Shown here piece by piece: positions 1-10,062 of a stretch of 64,000 bases of DNA (the first letter of the stretch is position 1; the number at the start of each line of letters is the position of its first letter). The stretch covers positions 128,001-192,000 of the forward strand of contig JBCCHT010000017.1 in the NCBI GenBank assembly GCA_039028615.1, given 5' to 3'. A program made the translations under genes and the position numbers. The notes beneath the pieces are model-generated. The model had not been told where the DNA came from, did not search any database, and saw only the letters and a program-made list of their open reading frames with translations. This stretch comes from Myxococcota bacterium. GTDB lineage: Bacteria; Myxococcota_A; Polyangia; Nannocystales; Nannocystaceae.

Positions 1-2
1 TC

Positions 3-2615
3 GAGCAGGTCGCCGCCACCATCGGGGCCTCGGCCATCGAGCTGCCCGGCGGCGCCATCAAGACCGACGCGGGCGAGGTCCTGCTGCGCACCGCCGAGCG
101 ACGGCAGCGCGGGGTCGAGTACGCCGAGCTGCCCGTCGTCACCAGTCCCACCGGCACTCAGGTCTCGCTCGGCGACATCGCGTCCGTGCGCGAGACCTTC
201 GCCGACACCGAGCAGGCCGCCTACTACGATGGCAAGCCCGCGATCATGCTCAAGGTCTATCGCTCTGGCGATCAGACCCCGATCGAGGTCGCCGACGCGG
301 TCAAGAAGCAGGTCGAGCGCATCGAGGCCCGCCTGCCCGAGGGGGTGCACGTCGCCATCTGGGCCGACTGGTCGCAGATCTACGTCGAGCGCATCGACCT
401 TTTGATGCGCAACGCGTACATCGGCCTCGCCCTCGTGCTGCTCGTGCTCGGGCTCTTCCTCGAGCTGCGGCTGGCCTTCTGGGTCACCATGGGCATCCCC
501 GTGTCCTTCCTGGGCTCGCTGCTGCTCATGCCGGCCATGGACGTCAGCGTGAACATGCTGTCGCTGTTCGCGTTCATCGTCACCCTGGGCATGGTGGTCG
601 ACGACGCCATCGTGGTGGGCGAGAGCATCTACGAGGCCCGACAGCGGGGAGAGCCGCGCCTGCGAGGTGCCATCCGCGGCGCCCGGCAAGTCGCCATTCC
701 CGTGTGCTTTTCGATCGCGACCTCCGTCGTCGCGTTCATGCCCATGCTCTTCGTGCCCGGCTTCTCGGGCAAGTTCTACCGGGTGATCCCCAGCATCGTG
801 ATCTCGGTGCTGGTCATCTCGCTCGTCGAGTCGCTGTGGGTCCTGCCCGCGCACCTCGCCGCGCTCAAAGACCCGAAGAAAGAGGGCTTCTACGCCGCGC
901 TGCACCACCAGCAACAGAAGGTCAGCCGCGCCCTCGAGCGCTTCGTTCGCAACATCTACGCCCCCGTGCTGAAGGTCGCGCTGCGACGACGCTACCTGTC
1001 GCTGGCGATCGGCGTCGCCATCTTGATCGCCACCGTGGGCTGGGTCGCGGGCGGGCGCATCATGTTCCGCTTCATGCCCGAGATCGACGGCGAGCTGGTG
1101 GTGAGCGGCATCGAGATGCCCTACGGCACCGCCCCCGCCGAGACCGAACGCGTGCGCCGCTACGTGATGCAGGCCGCAATGAAGGTCGTCGCCGAGACCG
1201 GCGAAGAAGGGATCGTGCGCGGTCGCTTCAGCCAGCTCGGCACCCCCTTGCCCGGCGATCCGGGCGTGGCCAACCGCGCCGTGGTCGGGGGCCATATCGC
1301 CAACGTGCAGGTCTTCCTCGTGCCTTCCGCCGAGCGCACGATCTCCGCCTCCGAGTTCCTCTCCCGCTGGCGCAAGGAGGTCGGTCGGGTCGCGGGCGTC
1401 GACAGCATGCGCTTTTCGCTGGCCATGGGCCCCAGCCCCGGCGCGCCCATCAACGTCGAGCTCAAGCACACCGACATGGACGTGCTCGAGGAGGCCGCGG
1501 CCGAGCTCGCCGAGACGCTCACCACCTACCCGAGCACCTGGGACATCAACGACGGGTTCTCGCAGGGCAAGCCTCAGCTCGACCTCACCATGACCAACAA
1601 GGCCTCCGTGCTCGGCCTGAGCGCGGGGGATGTCGCCCGCCAGGTGCGGGCCGCCTTCTACGGCGCCGAGGCCCTGCGCCAGCAGATCGGCCGCAACGAG
1701 GTGCGGGTGGTCGTACGCCTGCCCGAGGACGAGCGCCGCTACGTCCACGACTTCGAGAACCTGCTCATTCGCACGCCCACGGGGGGAGAGGTGCCCCTGC
1801 GCGAGGTCGCCGAGATCCGCCGCGGGCGAAGCTGGCCGGTCATCAACCGGGCCGAGGGTCAGCGCTTCGTCGAGGTCACCGCCGACGTGCGCATGGGCGA
1901 GGCCGATCCCAACGCGATCTTGGCCTCGCTCGAGGCCGAGCACATTCCACCGTTGCTCGCGAAGTACCCCGGGCTTCAGTACGAGTTCGGAGGCTCGCAG
2001 CGCGAGCAGGCCAAGGCCATGGGTGCGCTCGGGGCCGGCGGTCAGCTGGCGATCATCGCCATCTTTGCTCTGCTCGCGATCCCCTTCCGCAGCTACACGC
2101 AGCCCATCATCGTCATGGCCGCCATCCCCTTCGGGCTCGTCGGCGCGATCATGGGCCACGTGATCATGGGCTTCGACCTCAGCATGATCAGCGTCATGGG
2201 CATCATCGCCCTGTCCGGCGTCGTGGTGAACGACTCGCTCGTGCTGATCGACGCCGCCAACGTCTACCGACGAGAGGGGCGGTCGATCTTCGAGGCCATC
2301 CACGCCGCCGGGATCCGCCGTTTCCGCCCCATCATCCTGACCTCGCTGACCACCTTCTTGGGCCTCATGCCCATGATCACCGAGACCTCGGCCCAGGCTC
2401 AGTTCCTGATCCCCATGGCAGTGAGCCTCGGCTTCGGGGTCTTGTTCGCGACCTTCATCATCTTGCTGCTGGTGCCCGCGTACTACTTGATCCTGCACGA
2501 CATCCTCGCGGCGCTCGGTCGCGACGAGCCCGTCGTGCTGCCGCCGTCGGATGGGGAGGGTGGGCAGAGCATCGAGCCGCGGACCGGCATGACCGTGCCC
2601 GCGCCCGCCGAGTGA
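3..2615 (+). CDS. RND efflux transporter permease subunit (AcrB/AcrD/AcrF family), 5'-truncated by the window
   Basis: Frame open from base 3 (EQVAATIGASAIELPGGAIKT...). GMVVDDAIVVGE (TM4) and GVVVNDSLVLID...RFRPIILTSLTT motifs; multiple TM helices. Confidence 0.95.
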   Translation, partial: EQVAATIGASAIELPGGAIKTDAGEVLLRTAERRQRGVEYAELPVVTSPTGTQVSLGDIASVRETFADTEQAAYYDGKPAIMLKVYRSGDQTPIEVADAVKKQVERIEARLPEGVHVAIWADWSQIYVERIDLLMRNAYIGLALVLLVLGLFLELRLAFWVTMGIPVSFLGSLLLMPAMDVSVNMLSLFAFIVTLGMVVDDAIVVGESIYEARQRGEPRLRGAIRGARQVAIPVCFSIATSVVAFMPMLFVPGFSGKFYRVIPSIVISVLVISLVESLWVLPAHLAALKDPKKEGFYAALHHQQQKVSRALERFVRNIYAPVLKVALRRRYLSLAIGVAILIATVGWVAGGRIMFRFMPEIDGELVVSGIEMPYGTAPAETERVRRYVMQAAMKVVAETGEEGIVRGRFSQLGTPLPGDPGVANRAVVGGHIANVQVFLVPSAERTISASEFLSRWRKEVGRVAGVDSMRFSLAMGPSPGAPINVELKHTDMDVLEEAAAELAETLTTYPSTWDINDGFSQGKPQLDLTMTNKASVLGLSAGDVARQVRAAFYGAEALRQQIGRNEVRVVVRLPEDERRYVHDFENLLIRTPTGGEVPLREVAEIRRGRSWPVINRAEGQRFVEVTADVRMGEADPNAILASLEAEHIPPLLAKYPGLQYEFGGSQREQAKAMGALGAGGQLAIIAIFALLAIPFRSYTQPIIVMAAIPFGLVGAIMGHVIMGFDLSMISVMGIIALSGVVVNDSLVLIDAANVYRREGRSIFEAIHAAGIRRFRPIILTSLTTFLGLMPMITETSAQAQFLIPMAVSLGFGVLFATFIILLLVPAYYLILHDILAALGRDEPVVLPPSDGEGGQSIEPRTGMTVPAPAE

Positions 2616-2624
2616 CACGGTGGG

Positions 2625-3119
2625 TCAGCGGTCGAGCGACGCGCGAAGGTCTGCGACCGCCGCCTCGATCTCGGGCTTCAACCGCTCGGGAAATGCGACC
2701 GACTTCGTCTGAATCAGCGCATCGGGGCGCGGCCCGACCGACAGCTCGATCTCGAGCTTTAGCCCGTCGACACGAATCCCCGCGAGCTGGCTATAGAACT
2801 CGGTGAACGCGTGGTGGTTCTTGCCGATGAACAGCCCCGACTTCGCCAGGAGCAGTTCCCGGCCCTCGTCGTCGGTCCAGCGGGTATAGATGGACGAAGG
2901 GTCGGCGACGGCCGCCTCCCAGGCTTCATGCTGAATGCGACGATTGAGGACGATGACCTGGCGCAGGCACAGCCCGCCCGTCAGCACGCCCGTCACTACG
3001 AAGGACCACGCGAGCAGCTGGTCGGGGTCCGGCGCGGCCGCGAGCATGAAGATGCCGCCGAACGCGAGCCCGAAGCCGACGATCATGGCCATCGCGTAGA
3101 GCAGGAGCCTCCCCAGCAC
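2625..3119 (-). CDS. Hypothetical membrane protein (2 N-terminal TM helices)
   Basis: Two hydrophobic helices then a soluble tail. Start set at GTG 3119 to avoid overlapping the upstream gene; start uncertain. Confidence 0.6.
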   Translation of the reverse strand: MLGRLLLYAMAMIVGFGLAFGGIFMLAAAPDPDQLLAWSFVVTGVLTGGLCLRQVIVLNRRIQHEAWEAAVADPSSIYTRWTDDEGRELLLAKSGLFIGKNHHAFTEFYSQLAGIRVDGLKLEIELSVGPRPDALIQTKSVAFPERLKPEIEAAVADLRASLDR

Positions 3120-3150
3120 GACGAGGAGTGTACCTCGGGTGGGCGGGGAG

Positions 3151-4584
3151 TCAGCCGACCACGCCGAAGCGCAGGTCGATCGCACGACGCCGATAGCCGA
3201 AGATCCGCCGCAGCGTCTTCGCGACGAACATCCAGTTCGCCACACGCCCCAGCAGCCCCAGCGGCGGCGCGTACCAGACCCGATCGACCATCAGCGTGCG
3301 GTCGCCGTCGGCCTCGAAGCGGTGCTCGTGGTACCAGCAGCGATAGGGCCCGCGCAGCTGGGCGTCGACGAAGCGCTGCCCTTGCTCCCAGACCTCGATG
3401 TTGGTCAGCCACCCCATCGGCACGGGGCCCAGGCGAATCTGGTAGGCGATCTGGGTGCCCGCGGCCATGTCGAGCTTGCCGGGGGTCTGGATCTCGAAGC
3501 CGAGCCCGGACGGGGTCATGACGCCGAGGTTCTCGGCGCGGCAGAACAGCTCGAAGACCTCGGCCAGCGGGGCACCGATCAGCGTGCGCTGCTCGAGCAG
3601 GTAGCGAGGTCGCCGACGGCTCAGGTAGTCCGACTGCGGAACATCGACGGCGGGACCGATCTGCACGTGGGCATGGCCCCGGTCGACGGCATCCGCGAGC
3701 ATCGCGTCGAGCTGGGAGAAACGAAAAGAGAAGCCGAGTTCTTCCAGACGGCGCGGCACCACGCGCTGGCTGGCGAGCACGATCGCCGCCGCATCGCCCA
3801 ACGCCAGGCGCAGCGCGAAACCGGGGACCTTCAGCAGCATCGGCCGACCCAGCGCCCGCGCCAGCGCCTTGGAAAAATCGCGATTGGAGACCGCGCAGGG
3901 ACTCACCGCGTTGATCGCCCCTTCGTAGCGCTCGTCGGTCAGCGCCTGCACGACGAGCTCGACCAGATCCCGCAGGTGAATGAGGGGCATGAACTGGCGC
4001 CCCGAGCCGATCGCCGCCCCCAGGCCCGCGGCGAACGAGGGGCGCATCGTCGCCAACGCACCGCCTTCACCGTCGAGCACGACTCCGATCCGCAGGGTGC
4101 ACAACCGAACCCCGTGCTCTCGCGCGCCTTCGGCTGCGCCTTCCCACTCGCGGCACAGCTGTGCCAGGTAGCCTTCGCCGGGCGCCGAGTCCTCGTCGAG
4201 CACCTCGTCGCCGCGATCGCCATACCAGCCCACCGCGCTGCCCGAGACCAGCACCCGAGGTTTCGAACTGGCGCTCGCCATGGCGTCCACCAGGCGCTGC
4301 GTCACCCCCACTCGGCTGCTGCGCATGGCCTGGCGATGATTCGCCGTCCAGCGTTTGGCCACGGGCGCACCCGCGAGGTTGACCACCGCGTCGACCTGCT
4401 CCATCGCGCGGGCCAGGCCCGCGTCGCCCTCGTCGGTGGGCAAAAGCTCGACCTGAGCCCCCAGCGTGCCCGCAGCCGCGACCGGATTCCGAACCCACGC
4501 CACCACCTGGTGACCGTCGCGTTGCAGTCGCAGCGTCAGCGCACGACCGACCAGGCCCGTTGCTCCGGTGATCAAGATCTTCAT
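3151..4584 (-). CDS. TIGR01777/YfcH-like NAD-dependent epimerase family protein with C-terminal SRPBCC domain
   Basis: MKILITGATGLVG Rossmann start, VNLAG, SASQRVVP-like C-terminal motif (LASQRVVPRRLEELGFSF), then SRPBCC-like FVDAQLRGPYRCWYHEHRF. Confidence 0.9.
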   Translation of the reverse strand: MKILITGATGLVGRALTLRLQRDGHQVVAWVRNPVAAAGTLGAQVELLPTDEGDAGLARAMEQVDAVVNLAGAPVAKRWTANHRQAMRSSRVGVTQRLVDAMASASSKPRVLVSGSAVGWYGDRGDEVLDEDSAPGEGYLAQLCREWEGAAEGAREHGVRLCTLRIGVVLDGEGGALATMRPSFAAGLGAAIGSGRQFMPLIHLRDLVELVVQALTDERYEGAINAVSPCAVSNRDFSKALARALGRPMLLKVPGFALRLALGDAAAIVLASQRVVPRRLEELGFSFRFSQLDAMLADAVDRGHAHVQIGPAVDVPQSDYLSRRRPRYLLEQRTLIGAPLAEVFELFCRAENLGVMTPSGLGFEIQTPGKLDMAAGTQIAYQIRLGPVPMGWLTNIEVWEQGQRFVDAQLRGPYRCWYHEHRFEADGDRTLMVDRVWYAPPLGLLGRVANWMFVAKTLRRIFGYRRRAIDLRFGVVG

Positions 4585-4694
4585 GGCTCGCGTTGCCCTC
4601 GTCCAGGTGCCTACCACGGAACCCCGACCGAACAACCAACCCCGCGCTGCGAGGGCTCAGCGGGGGTCTAGCCCCCGCCTCGCCCGTGGCCGCG

Positions 4695-5894
4695 TCAACG
4701 CAGCTCGCGGCTCGATTTGCCGAGCAAGCGGCGCGCGATGATGAGCTGCTGGATCTGCTGCGTCCCCTCGAAGATGTCGAGGATCTTCGAGTCCCGCGCC
4801 CACTTCTCGAGCAGCTCGTCCTCCGAGTACCCGAGCGCCCCGCACAACGAGACGCACTGCAGCGTGACCTCGTTGGCCATGCGCCCGGCCTTGGCTTTGG
4901 CCATGGAGGCTTGCATGGAGTTGGGCTGGTTGTTGTCGGCCATCCACGCCGCCTTGAGGGTCAGCAGCCAGGCGGCCTCGAGCTCGGCTTCGAGTCGTTG
5001 CAGCTCGGCCTCGGTGGCGTCGAGCTGCCAACGCGGGCGACGCCAGCGGGGCTCCATGCGCAGCAGCTCGCGAGTGCGATCGAGGGCGGCCCGAGCAACG
5101 CCCGCGGCCATGGCTGCGACCACGGGACGGGTGTTGTCGAAGGTCTGCATGACCCCGGCAAAGCCCTTGCGGGTCTGGATCTCCTCGGAGCCGAGGATGT
5201 TGGTCCGCGGCACTCGGCAGTCGGTGAAGTGAATCGTGGCGGTGTCGGAGGCCCGAATGCCGAGCTTGTGATCGAGGCGCACGACATCGAAGCCGGGACG
5301 GCCGCGCTCGACGACGAAGCTCTTGATGGCCGCCCGACCCTGGTCGCGATCGATGGTGGCCCACACGACGACGAGGTCGGCCCGCTCGCCGCAGGTGACG
5401 AAGATCTTCTCGCCGTTGATGACCCACTCGTCGGTGGCCTCGTCGAGCCGCGCAGTGGTGCGAATGGCGGCGGAATCCGATCCGGTGCTGGGCTCGGTGA
5501 TGGCCATGGCCGCCCACTTGCCGTCGAAGCGCTCTTTTTGCTCGGGGGTGGCCACGGCCGCGATGGCGGCGTTGCCCAGGCCCTGGCCGGGAATGGTGAG
5601 GAGCAGGCCGAGGTCGCCCCAGCACAGGGCCTCGACGTTGAGGACGGCCGCCATGTTCTTGCCGTTGCGGACGCCCTTGCGCTCGCTCTTCTCGCGCTTG
5701 ATCTCGGTGGCCCCGATGGAGCTACCACCCTTGGCCATGCCGTCGACGATGGCGCGTAGAGAGTCGAGCTCGACGGGATAGTCGTGCTCGGCGCGGTCGT
5801 ACTTGCGAGAGATGGGGCGAAACATGCCCTGGGCGACGTCGCGGGCCATGGTGGCCACGCCGCGCAGGCGACGGGGAATCTCCAGGGAAATCAT
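4695..5894 (-). CDS. Acyl-CoA dehydrogenase, FadE23-like catalytic subunit
   Basis: AMAITEPSTGSD, INGEKIFVT, KLGIRASDT, WARDSKILDIFEGTQQIQ (catalytic Glu). ATG overlaps the upstream stop (ATGA at 5891-5894). Confidence 0.95.
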   Translation of the reverse strand: MISLEIPRRLRGVATMARDVAQGMFRPISRKYDRAEHDYPVELDSLRAIVDGMAKGGSSIGATEIKREKSERKGVRNGKNMAAVLNVEALCWGDLGLLLTIPGQGLGNAAIAAVATPEQKERFDGKWAAMAITEPSTGSDSAAIRTTARLDEATDEWVINGEKIFVTCGERADLVVVWATIDRDQGRAAIKSFVVERGRPGFDVVRLDHKLGIRASDTATIHFTDCRVPRTNILGSEEIQTRKGFAGVMQTFDNTRPVVAAMAAGVARAALDRTRELLRMEPRWRRPRWQLDATEAELQRLEAELEAAWLLTLKAAWMADNNQPNSMQASMAKAKAGRMANEVTLQCVSLCGALGYSEDELLEKWARDSKILDIFEGTQQIQQLIIARRLLGKSSRELR

Positions 5895-7204
5895 GCGACG
5901 AGGCCTCCGGAAAGAATGGAAACGGCGCGGAGCTGTCGGTACCAGCGCTCGACGGGATGGTCGCGGACGAAGCCGTGACCGCCGAGCAGCTGCACGCCGT
6001 TGCTGCCGACCTTCATGCCGTGATCGCTGCACAGGATGTGGGCGAGCTTGACCTCGCGATGGAAGTCGAGCCCCCGCTCGGCTCGGGCCGCGGCTCGCCA
6101 GGTGGTGAGCCGCATGCCGTCGACCTCGGTGGCCATGTCCGCGATCATGAACGCCACCGCTTGCTTGTGGGAGATCGGCTCGCCGAAGGCCTCCCGCTCG
6201 TTGCAGTACTCGATGACGTAGTCGACCACCGACTGAGCCGTGCCGACCGCCAAGGCACAGACGCCGAGCTTGGCCAGGTCGAGCAAGCGCGCGTGGTCGT
6301 ACTCGGGCGAGACGCGGGTGGAGCCGTCGAGCATGACGCCGTCGAACTCCAGCGTGCCCAGCTGCGCCGAGGCCAAGCCCATGGTGCGAGCGGCGGTGCG
6401 GGTGAGGCCCGCTCGTCCGCCGGGGACGACGAAGGCGGTGGGGCCCTCGCCGTCGACGGACGCGGTCACCAGGAACAGATCGGCCGAGGTCGCCATCGGC
6501 ACCATGACCTTGGTGCCGACCAACCGATAGCCGCCGTCGACCTTGGTGGCGCGGGTCTGAGGATGCGAGGGGTTGGACCGCGGCCCCTGCTCGTCGATGG
6601 CCAGCGCGGCGACGGGAGCGTCTTCCTCCGCCATCGCGGCGAGGTAGCGGTTTTGCTGGTCGACGGTGCCGAAGTCGGTGAGCGCGGCCGCGAAACCGCG
6701 ACCAGACAGCGCCGCCAGGGCCAGCCCCATGTCGCCCCAGGCCAGGTCTTCGGCCATCAGCACGCTCGAGAGGATCTCGCGGTGCTCGGCCGTGCCGCCG
6801 AGAGACTCGGGAATGACGTCGACGGTGAGCCCCAGCTCACCCGCGGCCTCGAGCACCTCGGCGCCGCGCTCGGGATGCATGTCGGCATCGTGCGCGGCGG
6901 GCCGTACCGACTCTCGCGCGAAGCGACGCAGGACGTCGCGCATCATCTGCTGGTCTTCGGTGGGGGTCAGGTCGAAGGCGTCGGAGGGCTTGCCCTCGCG
7001 CGGCTTCAGCTTCGACCGCTTGCGAAGCTCACCCAGCGGAGCGAAGGCGCGACCGGCAGACTTGCCCGTGCGCACCGCCTCGCTCGCCGCCCGGTGGAGC
7101 AAGCGCTCGGCGATGGGTCGCAGGCCGTTGCGATCGGCGAACTCGGACCCGGCAAAGCGGGTGAGCGCAGCCAAGAATGGACGGGTGGATAATCGGCGCG
7201 ACAA
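5891..7204 (-). CDS. Acyl-CoA dehydrogenase, FadE24-like partner subunit
   Basis: FDLTPTEDQQMMRD, YCNEREAFGEPISHKQAVAF, VQLLGGHGFVRDHPVERWYR; short C-terminus lacking the IxEGT motif. Start uncertain. Confidence 0.9.
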   Translation of the reverse strand: MSRRLSTRPFLAALTRFAGSEFADRNGLRPIAERLLHRAASEAVRTGKSAGRAFAPLGELRKRSKLKPREGKPSDAFDLTPTEDQQMMRDVLRRFARESVRPAAHDADMHPERGAEVLEAAGELGLTVDVIPESLGGTAEHREILSSVLMAEDLAWGDMGLALAALSGRGFAAALTDFGTVDQQNRYLAAMAEEDAPVAALAIDEQGPRSNPSHPQTRATKVDGGYRLVGTKVMVPMATSADLFLVTASVDGEGPTAFVVPGGRAGLTRTAARTMGLASAQLGTLEFDGVMLDGSTRVSPEYDHARLLDLAKLGVCALAVGTAQSVVDYVIEYCNEREAFGEPISHKQAVAFMIADMATEVDGMRLTTWRAAARAERGLDFHREVKLAHILCSDHGMKVGSNGVQLLGGHGFVRDHPVERWYRQLRAVSILSGGLVA

Positions 7205-7276
7205 CGAGCGCAGGCTATCACGTGCCGCGCACGCAACTCGCCGCCGGGCGCCTCGCCCGCGGCGACTCTCGGCCGG

Positions 7277-8077
7277 CTACGGGAGCAGGCTCAGGCTACC
7301 CCGAGGGGACTCCTTCGCCTTGTCGAGATCGGCCTTGGGCTGCACCGCCGCCCCCGTGTTGATCCGCAGACCCCCGCGGTCCTTGGGCATCGGCTTGGCA
7401 TCCGAGGGAATGGCGCTGGGTACGGTCCCCATCGGACTGCCGGGCTTGGGCCCGGGCTTCGTGGGCGAGCCCGCCTTCTTCATCTCGATGACGTACTTGG
7501 TCTCCGACAGCGGCAGCTCGACGGCCTTGGCCTCGGAGTTCTCGAAGCCCGCCTTGGTCGCCCACACGCGCACCGACGTGGCGCCGTCCTTGATGGCGAG
7601 GGAGAACTGACCGTCGCCGTCCGTGGTCCGCTTGACGACGCGATCGGGCAGGTCGAAGGTGACCTCGGCCCCCTGGATCGACTTGGTGACGTCGCCTTGC
7701 AGGTGCACCCGACCGTTGAAGACGTAGACCTCCGGCTCGGTGGGTCCGGCGTGGCAGTCCTCGCCGACGATGCCGTCGACCGCCACGAAGTGCACGACGA
7801 GGAAGATACCCGCGACGCCCGCGGCCGCGATCTCACCCAGCGCCTTGAACTTGAGCCGCACGTCGATCTGCAGACCGCCGACGACGCCCCACAGAAGGAG
7901 TGCGGCCCCCAGGGCGAGCACGACCGCGAGCACATGGCCCTCGGTCCGGTCGACGCAATCCTGAGCAAAGGACAGCGACAGCACAGTGATGAGCATCGCC
8001 CCCCCGATGCCACAACCGATCCAGCGGGTGATCATGCGGGTCTTCGCCGTGGATGGATCGTTCGTCGAATCGGACAT
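7277..8077 (-). CDS. Hypothetical membrane protein with carboxypeptidase-regulatory/prealbumin-like domain
   Basis: Three TM helices, then FNGRVH...IQGAEVTF...TTDGDGQFSL...VWATKAGF, and a Pro/Lys-rich tail. Confidence 0.65.
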   Translation of the reverse strand: MSDSTNDPSTAKTRMITRWIGCGIGGAMLITVLSLSFAQDCVDRTEGHVLAVVLALGAALLLWGVVGGLQIDVRLKFKALGEIAAAGVAGIFLVVHFVAVDGIVGEDCHAGPTEPEVYVFNGRVHLQGDVTKSIQGAEVTFDLPDRVVKRTTDGDGQFSLAIKDGATSVRVWATKAGFENSEAKAVELPLSETKYVIEMKKAGSPTKPGPKPGSPMGTVPSAIPSDAKPMPKDRGGLRINTGAAVQPKADLDKAKESPRGSLSLLP

Positions 8078-8282
8078 GGCGGGTACTGAGGCGACTATAG
8101 CGCTGCGGTGGGCCCCAATGCACATAAGTGACAACGGCCATCGAGCCGGGCACCACCATGACGGTGGGCGCCCCGACCGGCGTTTTGCGGCGTCTCGCGT
8201 GTATCCGTGGCGATGCGACGCCATTGGGACAGTGGCCCATCGGCACCTCTTTTCGTGGCGACTCGAGTGCTAGCAAGTTCGT

Positions 8283-8726
8283 ATGTCCAAGGCCAAATCC
8301 GACGACCATGCGGAGTTCATCGAGCGCTTCTAACGGGAGGTGTGGACCGAGGGGCGCAGAGAATCGCTCATCGCCCTGACCCCGAAGGATGCCGTCCTCC
8401 ACAACCTGGGACCGGAGCCGATCGTGGGGCCCGACGGCGCGGTCGCGTTTTGGGAGGCGGTGAACGGCGCCTTCGAGAAGTTCGAATTCGAGCTGCACGA
8501 GTCGATGTCCGAGGGCGACCAGGTCATGGCCCGCGGCACGCTGAGCTATCGGCATCGCGCCAGCGGTCGGCCGATCCACATGCACGGCTTCCTGTCGATT
8601 CGCTTCCGCGACGGCCTGGTCGCCGAGCTGTGGCAGTCGTGGGATCTGCTCGGCGTGATGATCCAAGCCGGCGCCGCCGAGCCCGACGCCTTCGCGGCGA
8701 TGCTCGCCGCGGGCACGCCGTCCTAA
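8283..8726 (+). pseudogene. SnoaL-like/NTF2 ester cyclase family gene interrupted by in-frame TAA at 8331-8333
   Basis: ATG 8283 reads MSKAKSDDHAEFIERF*REVWTEG..., continuing in frame to EGDQVMARG...RFRDGLVAELWQSWDLLG. Confidence 0.7.
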
Positions 8727-8728
8727 CC

Positions 8729-8761
8729 AAAAAACGTGCCACGACACGAAGTCGTGGCACG
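8729..8761 (-). terminator. Rho-independent terminator of the vWA lipoprotein gene
   Basis: Stem cgtgccacgac/gtcgtggcacg with a 5-nt loop, followed by T6 on the minus strand. Confidence 0.8.
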
Positions 8762-8790
8762 GAGCGCGTCGTTCGCTGTGCGCTCTGTCC

Positions 8791-10062
8791 TCAGGCCGGC
8801 GGAATACAGGCGTAGTCGATGTCGAGGGCGGAGGCGATGTGGGCTTGTTCGCAGGTCATCGAGCACAGCTCGATGGAGGTGAAGGGTGCGGCCTCTTCGA
8901 TGTAGCGCCAGCCGATGCCGTCGGGGCCACACTCGTCGACCCGCGCCACTTCGTCCTCGCCCACGCGCACCGTCAGCTGGCCCTCGAACTCGGCGTCCTG
9001 GCCGAGGTTGATGGTGCAGCTGAGCTCGTCGGCGATGCCCTCGAGCGCGACCAGGAGCGTCTCCTCGTCGCTGGTATTGTAGAAGGCCTCGTCGCCGCCC
9101 TGGGGCACCCCGCCCGCGAGCGCGATCTCGTTGAGGCGCTCGTAGGGGTTGTCGGCGGGGAAGCTGCCGACCTGGTCGAGGATGTCGACCCCGATGACGT
9201 AGGTGGGCACGCCGTCGGCCGCCGCCATCGCCACCATCGGCTCGAGACCCGAGTCGTACTGGATGAACACCTCGTTGCCCGTGGTGCCGTCGAGGCAGTT
9301 GGCCGCGCCGTCGGTGACCAGCACCACCGCCTGGGGACGACCATCGGCGACCGCCTCGAGGTGATCGAGCACGACCGACAGCCCCGCGCTGGCCGGCGTG
9401 CCCCCGAACAAGTCGAAGGTGTCCGCGGCCGGCAGCGCACCGACGATGGCATCCGCGTTCATCGGACCCACCGGGCTGTTGACCTCGGCATCGACGAAGC
9501 ACGCCGTGCCCGAGCCGTTGTCGGTGAGCGTGTCCGAGGGGAACAGCATCATGCCCCACTCGATGCCGTCCTCGATGTCGTGGGTCAGCGTGTCGACGAC
9601 GCTGTGGAGGCTGTTCCAGCGGGTCACCGCCGGGGTCACCGGGTCGGCGTCGTGATCCCACGAGTTGTCGACCATGCTGAACGACTTGTCGAGCAACAGG
9701 ACCACCTGGGGCTGCTCGACCTGGAGCTGGAGGCTCTCGACCTCGCAGGGCGGCGGCCCGTCGTCGCCCGCCGGCTCACCGCTGCTGTCACCGTCGTCGT
9801 CACCGGGGTCGTCCCCCGTGGGATCGTCCCCGCTGGTCGAATCGACCGTGCCGTCATCGGAGCCCGAATCCGCCCCCGGGTCATCGGGGTCATCCGCGGT
9901 ATCGGGGTCGTCGGGCTCACCCGTGCTGCCGGGCAGGTGGATCCCGGGATCCTCCTCCATGACCCCGTCGACGGTGATGTCGGTACAGGCCGTCGCCAGC
10001 AGGCTCAGGCTGGCGATCAGGGACACCGTCAGGGTTCGGCTGGCGGGGGGGAACACCATCAC
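8791..10062 (-). CDS. vWA-domain lipoprotein (CglB-like myxobacterial type)
   Basis: Lipobox LATAC, Asp/Gly-rich stalk, MIDAS LLDKSFSM, GGTP, LVTDGAANC, Cys-rich C-terminus. Confidence 0.85.
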   Translation of the reverse strand: MMVFPPASRTLTVSLIASLSLLATACTDITVDGVMEEDPGIHLPGSTGEPDDPDTADDPDDPGADSGSDDGTVDSTSGDDPTGDDPGDDDGDSSGEPAGDDGPPPCEVESLQLQVEQPQVVLLLDKSFSMVDNSWDHDADPVTPAVTRWNSLHSVVDTLTHDIEDGIEWGMMLFPSDTLTDNGSGTACFVDAEVNSPVGPMNADAIVGALPAADTFDLFGGTPASAGLSVVLDHLEAVADGRPQAVVLVTDGAANCLDGTTGNEVFIQYDSGLEPMVAMAAADGVPTYVIGVDILDQVGSFPADNPYERLNEIALAGGVPQGGDEAFYNTSDEETLLVALEGIADELSCTINLGQDAEFEGQLTVRVGEDEVARVDECGPDGIGWRYIEEAAPFTSIELCSMTCEQAHIASALDIDYACIPPA

